DNA of 64,000 nucleotides from Cytophagaceae bacterium (GTDB lineage Bacteria; Bacteroidota; Bacteroidia; Cytophagales; Cytophagaceae): positions 3,423 to 67,422 of the forward strand of contig JAQZBV010000002.1 in the NCBI GenBank assembly GCA_029237685.1, read 5' to 3'. Below are positions 18,064 through 26,065 of this stretch, in pieces. A program made the position numbers and the translations under genes. Under the pieces are notes generated by a model. That model saw only the letters and a list, made by a program, of their open reading frames with translations. It had not been told where the DNA came from and made no database searches. Positions within the stretch are counted from its first letter, which is position 1. Each line of letters starts with the position of its first letter.

Positions 18064-19726
18064 TTGACGATGAAGTATTGTCAGTAGGTTTGTTCGGATT
18101 AGGCTGCTGCGGTCTATTGTTGTTTGGCTGCCCATCCGGTTTATTACCTTGTTGGGGTCTTGGCCCCTTACCCTGGTTACCTTGCGGCCTGTTCGGATTT
18201 TGATTTTGCGGACGAGGCTGGTTTGGACGATTTTGCTGAGGCGGTCTTTGTTGACCTTCGGGTTTCGGCTGTCCCTGCACGTTTTCACGCTGTGCATTAC
18301 CTTCTCTCGGAGGTCTGTTTTGATTGGGATTTTGTGGACGAGGGGCTTGGCCTTCGCGGTTTTGTTGCGGAGGTCTTTGCTGTCCCTCACGATTTTGCTG
18401 CTGTGGCCTTGGCTGTCCTTCTCTATTTTGTTGTGGTCTTGGACCGCCTTCACGATTTTGATTTTGTGGTCGCGGCTTAGTTTGCTGTCCTTCTCTTGGC
18501 TGGTGTTCGGAACGATCCGGACCTGCAGGTCTTGTAGAGTTTGGATTTTGTGGTCTTGGTTGTCCGCCTTCCGCAACAGCCGCTGGAGCAGAACCGTCAG
18601 ACGGTTTCTTTTTCTTCTTTTTGCGTTTGTTTTTGTTGGCCTGAAATTTATCATCAAAACGAGCCAGTTCACTTTTTTCTTTGATGAACTCTGTGGTGAT
18701 TTTACTTTTCTCCTCGTCGTTGATCAAGTCAGAGGGTTTATTGCCGTCTGCATTCATCGCCTGAATATGGTTCACACGATCTACAGGGATAGCGATCCAG
18801 TTTGTCGGTTCGTCTTCGTACGAAAACCACATGATTTTTTTGAAGATGTCCGTTTTCTGTATGCTGGCTCTTCCTCTTTCTGTCATCAAAGGTTTTTCCA
18901 CTTCAGGAATGCCTTTCAAGGCATCCAAATAGGTATCCAGTTCATAGTTCAGGCAACATTTCAATCTGCCGCATTGACCGGAAAGTTTAGAAGGGTTCAG
19001 GGACAGGTTTTGGTAACGAGCCGCTGAGGTATTGACATTTTTAAAATCACTGATCCAGGTGGAGCAACACAATTCTCTTCCGCAAGAACCGATCCCGCCT
19101 AAGCGAGCGGCTTCATGGCGAAGACTGATTTGCTTCATCTCTACACGTACCTTAAATTCAGAAGCGAGCAATTTGATCAGTTCCCTGAAATCAACGCGTT
19201 CGTCTGCAGAATAGTAAAAGGTAGCTTTAGAGTTATCGGCCTGGTATTCTACATCCGTCAGTTTCATCTCCAGCTTTTGCTCGAGGATGATGTTGCGGGT
19301 ACGGAATACCGTCGTTTCTTCTCTGTTTTTGCTCAGGATGTATTTTTCAATATCCTTTTGCGATGCTTTGCGCGTGATGGTTTTTAACTGATCGTCGTTA
19401 TTGACCATTTTACGCTTCAGCTGCAAGCGCACAATTTCGCCTTGCAGGGCCACGTGACCCATGTGATAGCCGGAAGCCATTTCCACGACGACAGGATCGC
19501 CGGTATACAACTCAAGGGATTGAGTGTTTCTGTAAAATTCTTTGCGACCGTTTTTGAAACGAACTTCAACTACATCAAAATCTTTGGCAAGACCGATGCC
19601 CATGTTACTGAGCCAGTCAAAGGAGTTCAGTTTATTGCAACCACCTGTTGCACATCCTCCTGTTTTGCCACATCCTCCTGTCGTTCCGCAACTGCCACCG
19701 CCTGTTCCGCAAGATGAACAACCCAT
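18047..19726 (-). CDS. PSP1-domain protein (RicT/YaaT homologue) with long P/Q/N/R/G-rich C-terminal repeat tail
   Basis: 559-aa ORF. The N-terminus is Cys/Gly-rich (MGCSSCGTGGGSCG...CNKLNSFDWL). The PSP1 core includes CGRELCCSTW and CGRLKCCLNYE. A Lys run (KNKRKKKKKK) is followed by degenerate PRPQQNREGQ-type repeats to the stop. Confidence 0.85.
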   Translation of the reverse strand: MGCSSCGTGGGSCGTTGGCGKTGGCATGGCNKLNSFDWLSNMGIGLAKDFDVVEVRFKNGRKEFYRNTQSLELYTGDPVVVEMASGYHMGHVALQGEIVRLQLKRKMVNNDDQLKTITRKASQKDIEKYILSKNREETTVFRTRNIILEQKLEMKLTDVEYQADNSKATFYYSADERVDFRELIKLLASEFKVRVEMKQISLRHEAARLGGIGSCGRELCCSTWISDFKNVNTSAARYQNLSLNPSKLSGQCGRLKCCLNYELDTYLDALKGIPEVEKPLMTERGRASIQKTDIFKKIMWFSYEDEPTNWIAIPVDRVNHIQAMNADGNKPSDLINDEEKSKITTEFIKEKSELARFDDKFQANKNKRKKKKKKPSDGSAPAAVAEGGQPRPQNPNSTRPAGPDRSEHQPREGQQTKPRPQNQNREGGPRPQQNREGQPRPQQQNREGQQRPPQQNREGQAPRPQNPNQNRPPREGNAQRENVQGQPKPEGQQRPPQQNRPNQPRPQNQNPNRPQGNQGKGPRPQQGNKPDGQPNNNRPQQPNPNKPTDNTSSSNENEK

Positions 19727-19793
19727 TATGTCTTAATTTTATATCTAAATGAATAGGACCGAATAATAAATAGGCGGTAAAAACCACCTTAGA

Positions 19794-19801
19794 CAAATAT
19801 A
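19794..19801 (-). promoter_or_regulatory. Candidate -7 box TATATTTG for the PSP1-gldH gene string
   Basis: The reverse complement of caaatata matches TAnnTTTG, ~68 nt upstream of the ATG at 19726. The -33 position reads TTTC rather than TTTG. Confidence 0.35.
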
Positions 19802-19927
19802 AGGATTTAAATGGGAAAGTTGGTAGGTATTTGGATTGGGTTTTTAGGTAAAAATGGGAGTATTGGGATGTGTTTTAGGAGATTTTTTGAAGGTTTTGCA
19901 GGGTAAGGGAAAAGTTTAGGGTAAGAG

Positions 19928-20042
19928 TTTGGGCGTGCCCCTACGGGTCGGGCTATCCGCTACAAGTCCTCGCTCGGATCGGTCTGCCATTTTTATCCAG
20001 CGTCGAGGCTCGCTGTGGGCTTTCCGCTTCTATCCCTCACGC
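19928..20042. repeat. GC-rich bipartite intergenic repeat (conserved arms, variable core); inverted copy at 35651-35766
   Basis: The arms tttgggcgtgcccctacgggtcgggctatccgctacaagtcctcgctcg and ctcgctgtgggctttccgcttctatccctcacgc recur, reverse-complemented with a few substitutions, at 35651-35766. Confidence 0.85.
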
Positions 20043-20081
20043 AAAATACAGAAACAGAAACAGAGCGGAGAAACAGTATAA

Positions 20082-20126
20082 AAGAAGAAGGTCCGGCTTA
20101 TTGAGCCGGACCTTCTTCTTTTTTTA
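20082..20126. terminator. Intrinsic terminator hairpin downstream of purD (17-bp stem, 5-nt loop, U-rich on both strands)
   Basis: aagaagaaggtccggct / tattg / agccggaccttcttctt followed by tttttt. Confidence 0.8.
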
Positions 20127-20139
20127 TATTGACCAATGA

Positions 20140-21447
20140 CTACTGACCACTGACCACTTTATTGGTATAAGCGAGTAGGTCCAATCCCACATCCCTTCTA
20201 TAATACTTATTCTTCCACTGGATCGTCTGCGCTCCTTTATTTGATTTTTCGATGGCTTCTTCGATGCTGTTACCGAAAGCGGTTACGGTGATCACCCTTC
20301 CTCCGTTAGTCACCAATTGCTTTTGATCGTTCAGTTTTGTTCCGGCATGAAAAACCAATACATCTGAGGTTTGATCAATTGCAGTGATCACATCACCTTT
20401 GGCATAGTCTTCGGGATAACCGCCGGCTACCAATACTACTGTGGTAGCCGTTTGAGGGTTCAAAGTAACTTTCGCTTCGTTGAGTTTTTTCTTTCCGGCC
20501 AGCTCAAGTAGATCCACCAGGTCACTTGAGATGCGTGGGATGATGACTTCCGTTTCCGGATCTCCTAAACGGGCGTTGTATTCAATCACATACGGATCTC
20601 CGTCTACATTCATCAAACCGATGAATACGAAACCTACATAAGGAATATTGTCTTTTTCTAAACCGTTGATGGTAGGGAGTACCACACGCTGTTCTACTTT
20701 GCGCATGAAGTCTCCTTGTGCAAAGGGAACGGGAGATACGGCACCCATACCACCGGTATTGAGACCGGTATCTTTTTCTCCGATGCGTTTGTAATCTTTC
20801 GCATCCGGAAGCATGACGTAATTTTTGCCGTCTGTCAAAACGAAAGAAGACATCTCGATGCCTCTTAGGAATTGTTCGATCACTACTTTGGCACCTGCCG
20901 CACCGAATTTTTTGTCGGCTAAAATATCGTCCAAGGCTTTCTCCGCTTCGGCTAAAGACTCTGCAATGATCACACCTTTACCGGCGGCAAGTCCATCGGC
21001 TTTCAATACGATCGGTAAAGAATGGTGTTTGATGTAGGCTTTGGCGGCTTCGATCTCGTGATCGGTGAAGGTTTCAGAAGAAGCGGTAGGGATACCGTGT
21101 CTTTCCATGAATTGCTTGGAAAAATCTTTGCTGCCTTCCAGTTGAGCGCCTTTTTTACCAGGACCTACAAACAGAATGTGTTGTAAAGCAGAATCCGTTT
21201 CAAAGTAATCGCGGATACCTTCCACCAGAGGAGCTTCTGGGCCTACCAATACCAGGTCTATGTTATTGTCGATACAAAATTTTCCCAATCCCGGGAAGTC
21301 ATTGATCTGGATGTTTACGTTTTGTCCTACTTCAGCGGTACCGGCATTTCCGGGTGCGATGAAAAGACTTTGGCAGCGGGGACTTTGTTTTAATTTCCAT
21401 GCCAAGGCATGCTCTCTCCCTCCGGAGCCAATCAATAGAATATTCAT
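20140..21447 (-). CDS. purD: Phosphoribosylamine-glycine ligase
   Basis: 435-aa ORF. It starts MNILLIGSGGREHALAWKL and has the ATP-grasp core and GNAGTA motifs typical of PurD. Confidence 0.97.
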   Translation of the reverse strand: MNILLIGSGGREHALAWKLKQSPRCQSLFIAPGNAGTAEVGQNVNIQINDFPGLGKFCIDNNIDLVLVGPEAPLVEGIRDYFETDSALQHILFVGPGKKGAQLEGSKDFSKQFMERHGIPTASSETFTDHEIEAAKAYIKHHSLPIVLKADGLAAGKGVIIAESLAEAEKALDDILADKKFGAAGAKVVIEQFLRGIEMSSFVLTDGKNYVMLPDAKDYKRIGEKDTGLNTGGMGAVSPVPFAQGDFMRKVEQRVVLPTINGLEKDNIPYVGFVFIGLMNVDGDPYVIEYNARLGDPETEVIIPRISSDLVDLLELAGKKKLNEAKVTLNPQTATTVVLVAGGYPEDYAKGDVITAIDQTSDVLVFHAGTKLNDQKQLVTNGGRVITVTAFGNSIEEAIEKSNKGAQTIQWKNKYYRRDVGLDLLAYTNKVVSGQ

Positions 21448-21454
21448 GTTTTAA

Positions 21455-21530
21455 TAGTTGTTGGTTGTTAGTTATTAGTTGTTAGTTATTGGTCTGTTCT
21501 TAACTACAACTAATAACTAACAACTAATAA
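21455..21530. repeat. Heptamer-word hairpin (19-bp perfect stem 21472-21490 / 21512-21530) 3' of recQ; terminator-like
   Basis: ttattagttgttagttatt pairs with aataactaacaactaataa. It belongs to the AACTAAC/GTTAGTT word family. Confidence 0.8.
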
Positions 21531-21533
21531 AAT

Positions 21534-23711
21534 TTAATTCGCTAATTCAGATAAAAACTTAATCCGCATTAACCTTAATTCCTCTTCTGTATAATCAGAC
21601 CCCAGTTCATTCATGGCATGACTGATGCTGTCATTTTCCGCGGACATGAAATACTCGTAGATTTCATCTTGCTTATCTCCATCGATGACCTGGTCGATGT
21701 AGTAATCAAGATTTAATTTGGTACCGGAGTAGCAAATGTGCTCTACCTCCGCCATTAATTCCTGCAATGCAATATTCTTACTTTCCGCGATCTCTTCCAA
21801 ATCAATTTTGCGATCCACCTGTTGAATGATGAATACTTTGATCTTGGATTTATTCACAGAAGATTTGATCACTATTTCATTGGAAGGGGTGATGTCATTT
21901 TCATCTACGTATTGCTTGATCACATCCAAAAAGGCTTTGCCGAATTTTTGTGCTTTGCCCATGCCTACACCATTGATCCGGCTCAGTTCATCCAGGGTAG
22001 TAGGGTAGAAGGTCGCCATCTCAATCAGCGAAGGTTCCTGAAACACCACATAAGGTGGTACATTCTTTTCCTTTGCTACTTTTTTGCGCAAGCCTTTCAA
22101 CATTTCGATCAACACTTCGTCGCAACCGATTTTTGCTCCGGCTTCGGTACTGTCTGTTGTATTTTCAGTTTTGCTGTAGTCGTGGTCTTTGGAGAGCATA
22201 ATGGAATATGGTTTTTTCAAAAACGTTTTTCCTTTAGCTGTCACTTTGATGATGCCGTAGTTGTCAATGTCCTTATCCAGCAGCCCTTCCAGTATCGCCT
22301 GACGGAATACCGATCCCCAGAAGGCCACAGATTCTTCACGGCCTTTGCCGAATACCGGCAATTGATTGTGCTGATAACTGATTGCGTATTCGTTGTCGAT
22401 ACCGGCTACGACCTGGCTCATGTGGAATACACCGAATTTTTCTTCGGTAAGTATGGCTGTTTGCACCGCCAATTCAAGGTGTCCTTTACCTTCAAATTGT
22501 TCTTTAGGATTTTTGCAGTTGTCGCAAAAACCACAATTTTCTTCCAGACGTTCACCGAAATAATTCAGGATGACTTTTCTACGGCACACGGAGGATTCTG
22601 CGTAGGCCGCCATCTCCATTAACAACTGCTTGGCGTTGTCGCGTTCGGTGACGTTTTTATCTTTGTTGAATTTGTCGAGTTTGATGATGTCGTTGTAACT
22701 GTAGAACATCAAGCAGTCTGCATCCATCCCGTCTCTTCCCGCTCTACCTGTTTCCTGGTAGTAGCCCTCTAATGATTTAGGAGTATCGTAATGGACTACA
22801 AAACGGACATCCGGTTTGTCAATGCCCATTCCGAAAGCGATCGTTGCTACGATGACATCGGCGTCTTCATTCAGAAAGGCATCCTGGTTATGTATACGCA
22901 CAGAAGCATCCAGGCCGGCATGGTAGGGCAGGGCATTGATGTCATTGACACGCAGCAGCTCCGCAATTTCTTCTACCTTTTTGCGGCTTAAACAATAAAT
23001 GATGCCGCTTTTACCTTTGTGTTTTTTGATGAAGGTAATGAGCGCTTTTTTTGTGCCGCCTTTCGGGCGTATGGTATAGAATAAATTTTTACGGTTAAAA
23101 GAAGACTTGAACAAAGAAGCTTCTTCCATGTGCAGGTTTTTCTGAATGTCCAGCTGTACTTTAGGAGTAGCAGTAGCCGTCAATGCAATGACAGGAATGT
23201 TGCTCCCCAATTGCTCGATGATGGTGCGTATCTTGCGGTACTCCGGCCGGAAGTCATGTCCCCATTCAGAGATGCAATGGGCTTCGTCAATGGCGACAAA
23301 AGAAATGTTGGCTTGGCGAAGGAATTCAATGTTCTCTTCCTTCGTCAACGTTTCAGGAGCCACATACAGCAAACGAACGTTGCCTTTTAGTGTTTCTTTT
23401 TTTACCGTATTGATTTCACCCTTGGTCAGGGTAGAGTTCAAAAATTGGGCGTTGACACCGTGACCCAATAATTGATCCACCTGATTTTTCATCAGGGCAA
23501 TCAAAGGCGAAATGACAATGGCAGTACCTGGCATGATCAGAGCCGGCAATTGGTAGCACAATGACTTACCGGCACCGGTAGGCATGATGACAAATGTATT
23601 TTTACCTGCAAGGAGGTTGTTGATTATCTTTTCTTGATTACCTCTGAATTGACTATAGCCAAAAACCTCTTTGAGAGTACTGTAGATCTCTAGTTCATTT
23701 TCAATTATCAT
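21534..23711 (-). CDS. recQ: ATP-dependent DNA helicase RecQ
   Basis: 725-aa ORF with MPTGAGKSLCYQLPA, DEAHCISEWGHDFRPEY, the zinc-binding CRRK...CDNC and a C-terminal HRDC-like region. Confidence 0.97.
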   Translation of the reverse strand: MIIENELEIYSTLKEVFGYSQFRGNQEKIINNLLAGKNTFVIMPTGAGKSLCYQLPALIMPGTAIVISPLIALMKNQVDQLLGHGVNAQFLNSTLTKGEINTVKKETLKGNVRLLYVAPETLTKEENIEFLRQANISFVAIDEAHCISEWGHDFRPEYRKIRTIIEQLGSNIPVIALTATATPKVQLDIQKNLHMEEASLFKSSFNRKNLFYTIRPKGGTKKALITFIKKHKGKSGIIYCLSRKKVEEIAELLRVNDINALPYHAGLDASVRIHNQDAFLNEDADVIVATIAFGMGIDKPDVRFVVHYDTPKSLEGYYQETGRAGRDGMDADCLMFYSYNDIIKLDKFNKDKNVTERDNAKQLLMEMAAYAESSVCRRKVILNYFGERLEENCGFCDNCKNPKEQFEGKGHLELAVQTAILTEEKFGVFHMSQVVAGIDNEYAISYQHNQLPVFGKGREESVAFWGSVFRQAILEGLLDKDIDNYGIIKVTAKGKTFLKKPYSIMLSKDHDYSKTENTTDSTEAGAKIGCDEVLIEMLKGLRKKVAKEKNVPPYVVFQEPSLIEMATFYPTTLDELSRINGVGMGKAQKFGKAFLDVIKQYVDENDITPSNEIVIKSSVNKSKIKVFIIQQVDRKIDLEEIAESKNIALQELMAEVEHICYSGTKLNLDYYIDQVIDGDKQDEIYEYFMSAENDSISHAMNELGSDYTEEELRLMRIKFLSELAN

Positions 23712-23996
23712 GATAGGACCTTTTGCTTAAAAGTGTAATTCTTTGATTCTAAACGCTAATTGAAGTTAACAAAATTTCGATAGGATGAAAGAGGGTATGT
23801 AGTATAATATGAATTTATGATCTAAAATAGAAGAACCTTGCGAAGGTAGAGATTTCGGGCTTTCCCAAATACCGCTCACTGTGCAAATAAGGCACTACTT
23901 TCAGGGAAAGGCTGGTGTAAGTTCTCTGGGAATAATTGTATATCTTTCTTTATTAGCTTAAATTCGCCTTTGTTCGTTTGTTAAACCCATCGATTA

Positions 23997-25073
23997 ATGC
24001 AGAAGAGTCAATATGCAGTTATAATGGCTGGTGGAATTGGAAGTAGATTTTGGCCTTTCAGCAGAACTAAATATCCAAAGCAATTTCATGATGTACTAGG
24101 TACAGGCAAAAGCTTGCTGCAACAAACCGCTAAGCGTCTGGAGTCGCTGGTTCCACATGAGAATATCTTGGTGGTAACAAATCAGGATTATATTTCATTG
24201 GTAAAAGAGCAACTGCCTTTTTTAACCGATCATCAAATATTGGCGGAGCCTGTAGGTCGCAATACCGCGCCCTGCATAGCCTATGCCTGTTATAAAATTT
24301 ATCAAAAGAATAAGCAAGCGAATGTGGTGGTGCTTCCTTCTGATCATATCATCAAAGAGGAAGACAAATTTGCCGACACGTTGAAAATCGCGTTGGAATC
24401 CACCGCTGCTTCAGATCTCCTGGTTACGCTGGGTATTCAGCCTACCAGACCGGATACCGGTTATGGTTACATTCAATTTATTGAAGATAAAAAACAAAAA
24501 ATAAAAAAAGTAAAAACGTTCACAGAAAAACCGGCGTTGGATTTAGCGAAGGTTTTTTTGGACAGCGGTGACTTTTTATGGAATTCCGGAATATTTGTGT
24601 GGAACGTGTCTTCTATACTGAAAGCGTTTGCTGAGTATATGCCGGATATGGCGGAAACATTTTCAGAGGGCAAGGATGCGTATTGGACAGATGCAGAAAA
24701 AGATTTTATCCTGAAGGCTTATTCTCAATGCCGCAACATCTCTATTGATTATGGTATTCTGGAAAAAGCACCCAACGTGTATGTTGTACCGAGTGATTTC
24801 GGCTGGTCCGATTTGGGCACCTGGAAATCTTTATACGACAACTCAGAGAAAAACGAAAACGGAAACGTGATCGATGCCAATGCCATGACCTATGATACCA
24901 ACAACTGCATCATCAAGATGCCGAAAGATAAATTGGTAGTCGTAGAAGGATTGGAAGATTACATCATTGCAGAATACGACGGTGTATTGATGATCTGCCG
25001 TAAGGATCAGGAGCAGCGTGTGAAGGATTTTGTCGCGGACGCGAAAGCGAATAAGGGGGCGAAGTTTATATAA
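23997..25073 (+). CDS. manC: Mannose-1-phosphate guanylyltransferase (nucleotidyltransferase only, no isomerase domain)
   Basis: 358-aa ORF with IMAGGIGSRFWPFSR and the EKP...FLWNSGIFVW pattern. Confidence 0.85.
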   Translation: MQKSQYAVIMAGGIGSRFWPFSRTKYPKQFHDVLGTGKSLLQQTAKRLESLVPHENILVVTNQDYISLVKEQLPFLTDHQILAEPVGRNTAPCIAYACYKIYQKNKQANVVVLPSDHIIKEEDKFADTLKIALESTAASDLLVTLGIQPTRPDTGYGYIQFIEDKKQKIKKVKTFTEKPALDLAKVFLDSGDFLWNSGIFVWNVSSILKAFAEYMPDMAETFSEGKDAYWTDAEKDFILKAYSQCRNISIDYGILEKAPNVYVVPSDFGWSDLGTWKSLYDNSEKNENGNVIDANAMTYDTNNCIIKMPKDKLVVVEGLEDYIIAEYDGVLMICRKDQEQRVKDFVADAKANKGAKFI

Positions 25074-25074
25074 A

Positions 25075-25231
25075 CTAGTTAACTAGTTGTTAGTTGTTAG
25101 TTCGGTTATTAGGGCGAAGAAATAACGAAGCACTATAAAAAGGAAGAGCCTTCTAAATATTAGAAGGCTCTTCCTTTTATATATGAATTACTTATAAAAC
25201 TAACAACTAACAACTAACAACTAACACTAAC
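25075..25231. repeat. Nested hairpin between convergent genes: outer heptamer-word arms (25075-25111 GTTAGTT-type; 25198-25231 AACTAAC x4+) enclosing a classical terminator
   Basis: Read directly. The rlmB stop (CTA at 25227-25229, i.e. TAG on the minus strand) lies inside the right arm. Confidence 0.85.
25138..25178. terminator. Bidirectional intrinsic terminator (19-bp stem aaaaggaagagccttctaa / ttagaaggctcttcctttt)
   Basis: Perfect palindrome with a 3-nt loop, flanked by an A-run and a T-run. Confidence 0.9.
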
Positions 25232-26003
25232 CTTTTCTTTGTCTGGAAACTTCGTAAAGTACCACCCCCGTCGCCACTGACACATTCAACGAGTTGATCT
25301 TGCCTTGCATAGGTATTTGCACCAAATGATCGCATATACGGATGATGTCGTCGGAGATACCATCTTCTTCAGATCCCATCACGATAGCCAACGGACCTTT
25401 AAGATCGGTGCTATACGGAGTTTCTACTCCTTTTTCTGTGACACCGGCAATCGCTAAACCAAAGTTTCTCAACTTCAATACCGTGGCTTTTAGATTCTCT
25501 TCTCTGCACAAAGGAATGTGAAGCAGCGCTCCTGCGGAAGATTTCATGGCTTCGTGGTTGATGCGCGCGGCATTTTTTTCAGGGATGACGATGGCATGAA
25601 CCCCCATGCACTCGCAGGAACGCGCGATGGCTCCCATGTTGCGGACATCAGTGATTCTATCCAACACGACGATCAACGGGTCTTCGCCTTTTTCGAAAGC
25701 ATCCATCACCAGGTTGTCCAGATTGCAGAAAGGTACCGGTGACAATAAGGCAATGATGCCTTGGTGTGTTTTATGCGTAATGCGTTTTAATTTTTCAGGA
25801 GGGACGGTTTGAACCGGAATATTATTTTCACTGCACAAGGCTAAAATATCTTTCGTAGCCGCGCCGGTTTCCAATCGATCGATTAAAATTTTATCGATTG
25901 TTTTTCCAGAAAGGATCGCTTCTTTCACAGGATGCATACCGATAATGAAATCATCTGCCGGTGGCATGGGCCTGCGTGGTCTGTTGTTGTAGGGAGGTTT
26001 CAT
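25227..26003 (-). CDS. rlmB: 23S rRNA 2'-O-methyltransferase RlmB-like (SpoU/TrmH family)
   Basis: 258-aa ORF with an N-terminal substrate-binding domain (IGMHPVKEAI) and SpoU motifs VLDRITDVRNMGAIARS, IVMGSEEDGIS and LNVSVATGVVLYE. Confidence 0.85.
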   Translation of the reverse strand: MKPPYNNRPRRPMPPADDFIIGMHPVKEAILSGKTIDKILIDRLETGAATKDILALCSENNIPVQTVPPEKLKRITHKTHQGIIALLSPVPFCNLDNLVMDAFEKGEDPLIVVLDRITDVRNMGAIARSCECMGVHAIVIPEKNAARINHEAMKSSAGALLHIPLCREENLKATVLKLRNFGLAIAGVTEKGVETPYSTDLKGPLAIVMGSEEDGISDDIIRICDHLVQIPMQGKINSLNVSVATGVVLYEVSRQRKG

Positions 26004-26015
26004 AAGGAATGGGTT

Positions 26016-26060
26016 AAAAAAACTCCCGTCCCGATAGCTATCGGGACGGGAGTTTTTTTT
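26016..26060. terminator. Bidirectional intrinsic terminator downstream of the DUF2723 gene
   Basis: aaaaaaactcccgtcccgatagctatcgggacgggagtttttttt: a perfect palindrome with A/T runs on both sides. Confidence 0.9.
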
Positions 26061-26065
26061 ATGGT

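Noticed and set aside
18064-18672. N-terminal ~200-aa extension of the track ORF 17587-18672 (K/R/Q-rich)
   Set aside because: It lies in an alternate frame of the low-complexity PSP1 tail. The real gene is the ~158-aa GldH lipoprotein starting at ATG 18063 with a signal peptide and lipobox.
18124-19027. Plus-strand ORFs 18124-18480 (118 aa) and 18149-19027 (292 aa), antisense to the PSP1 gene
   Set aside because: They are stop-free by accident of the repetitive, compositionally biased tail-coding DNA. They have no recognisable protein features and overlap a well-supported CDS completely.
21822-22622. 266-aa plus-strand ORF antisense to recQ
   Set aside because: It is entirely inside the strongly conserved recQ CDS and its product has no motifs. 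It is a typical antisense shadow ORF.
23712-23996. 285-nt recQ/manC divergent spacer and other long spacers screened for tRNA, riboswitch or small-RNA genes
   Set aside because: I could not recognise a cloverleaf, a known riboswitch core or a conserved structured motif by eye. They are most simply divergent promoter regions.
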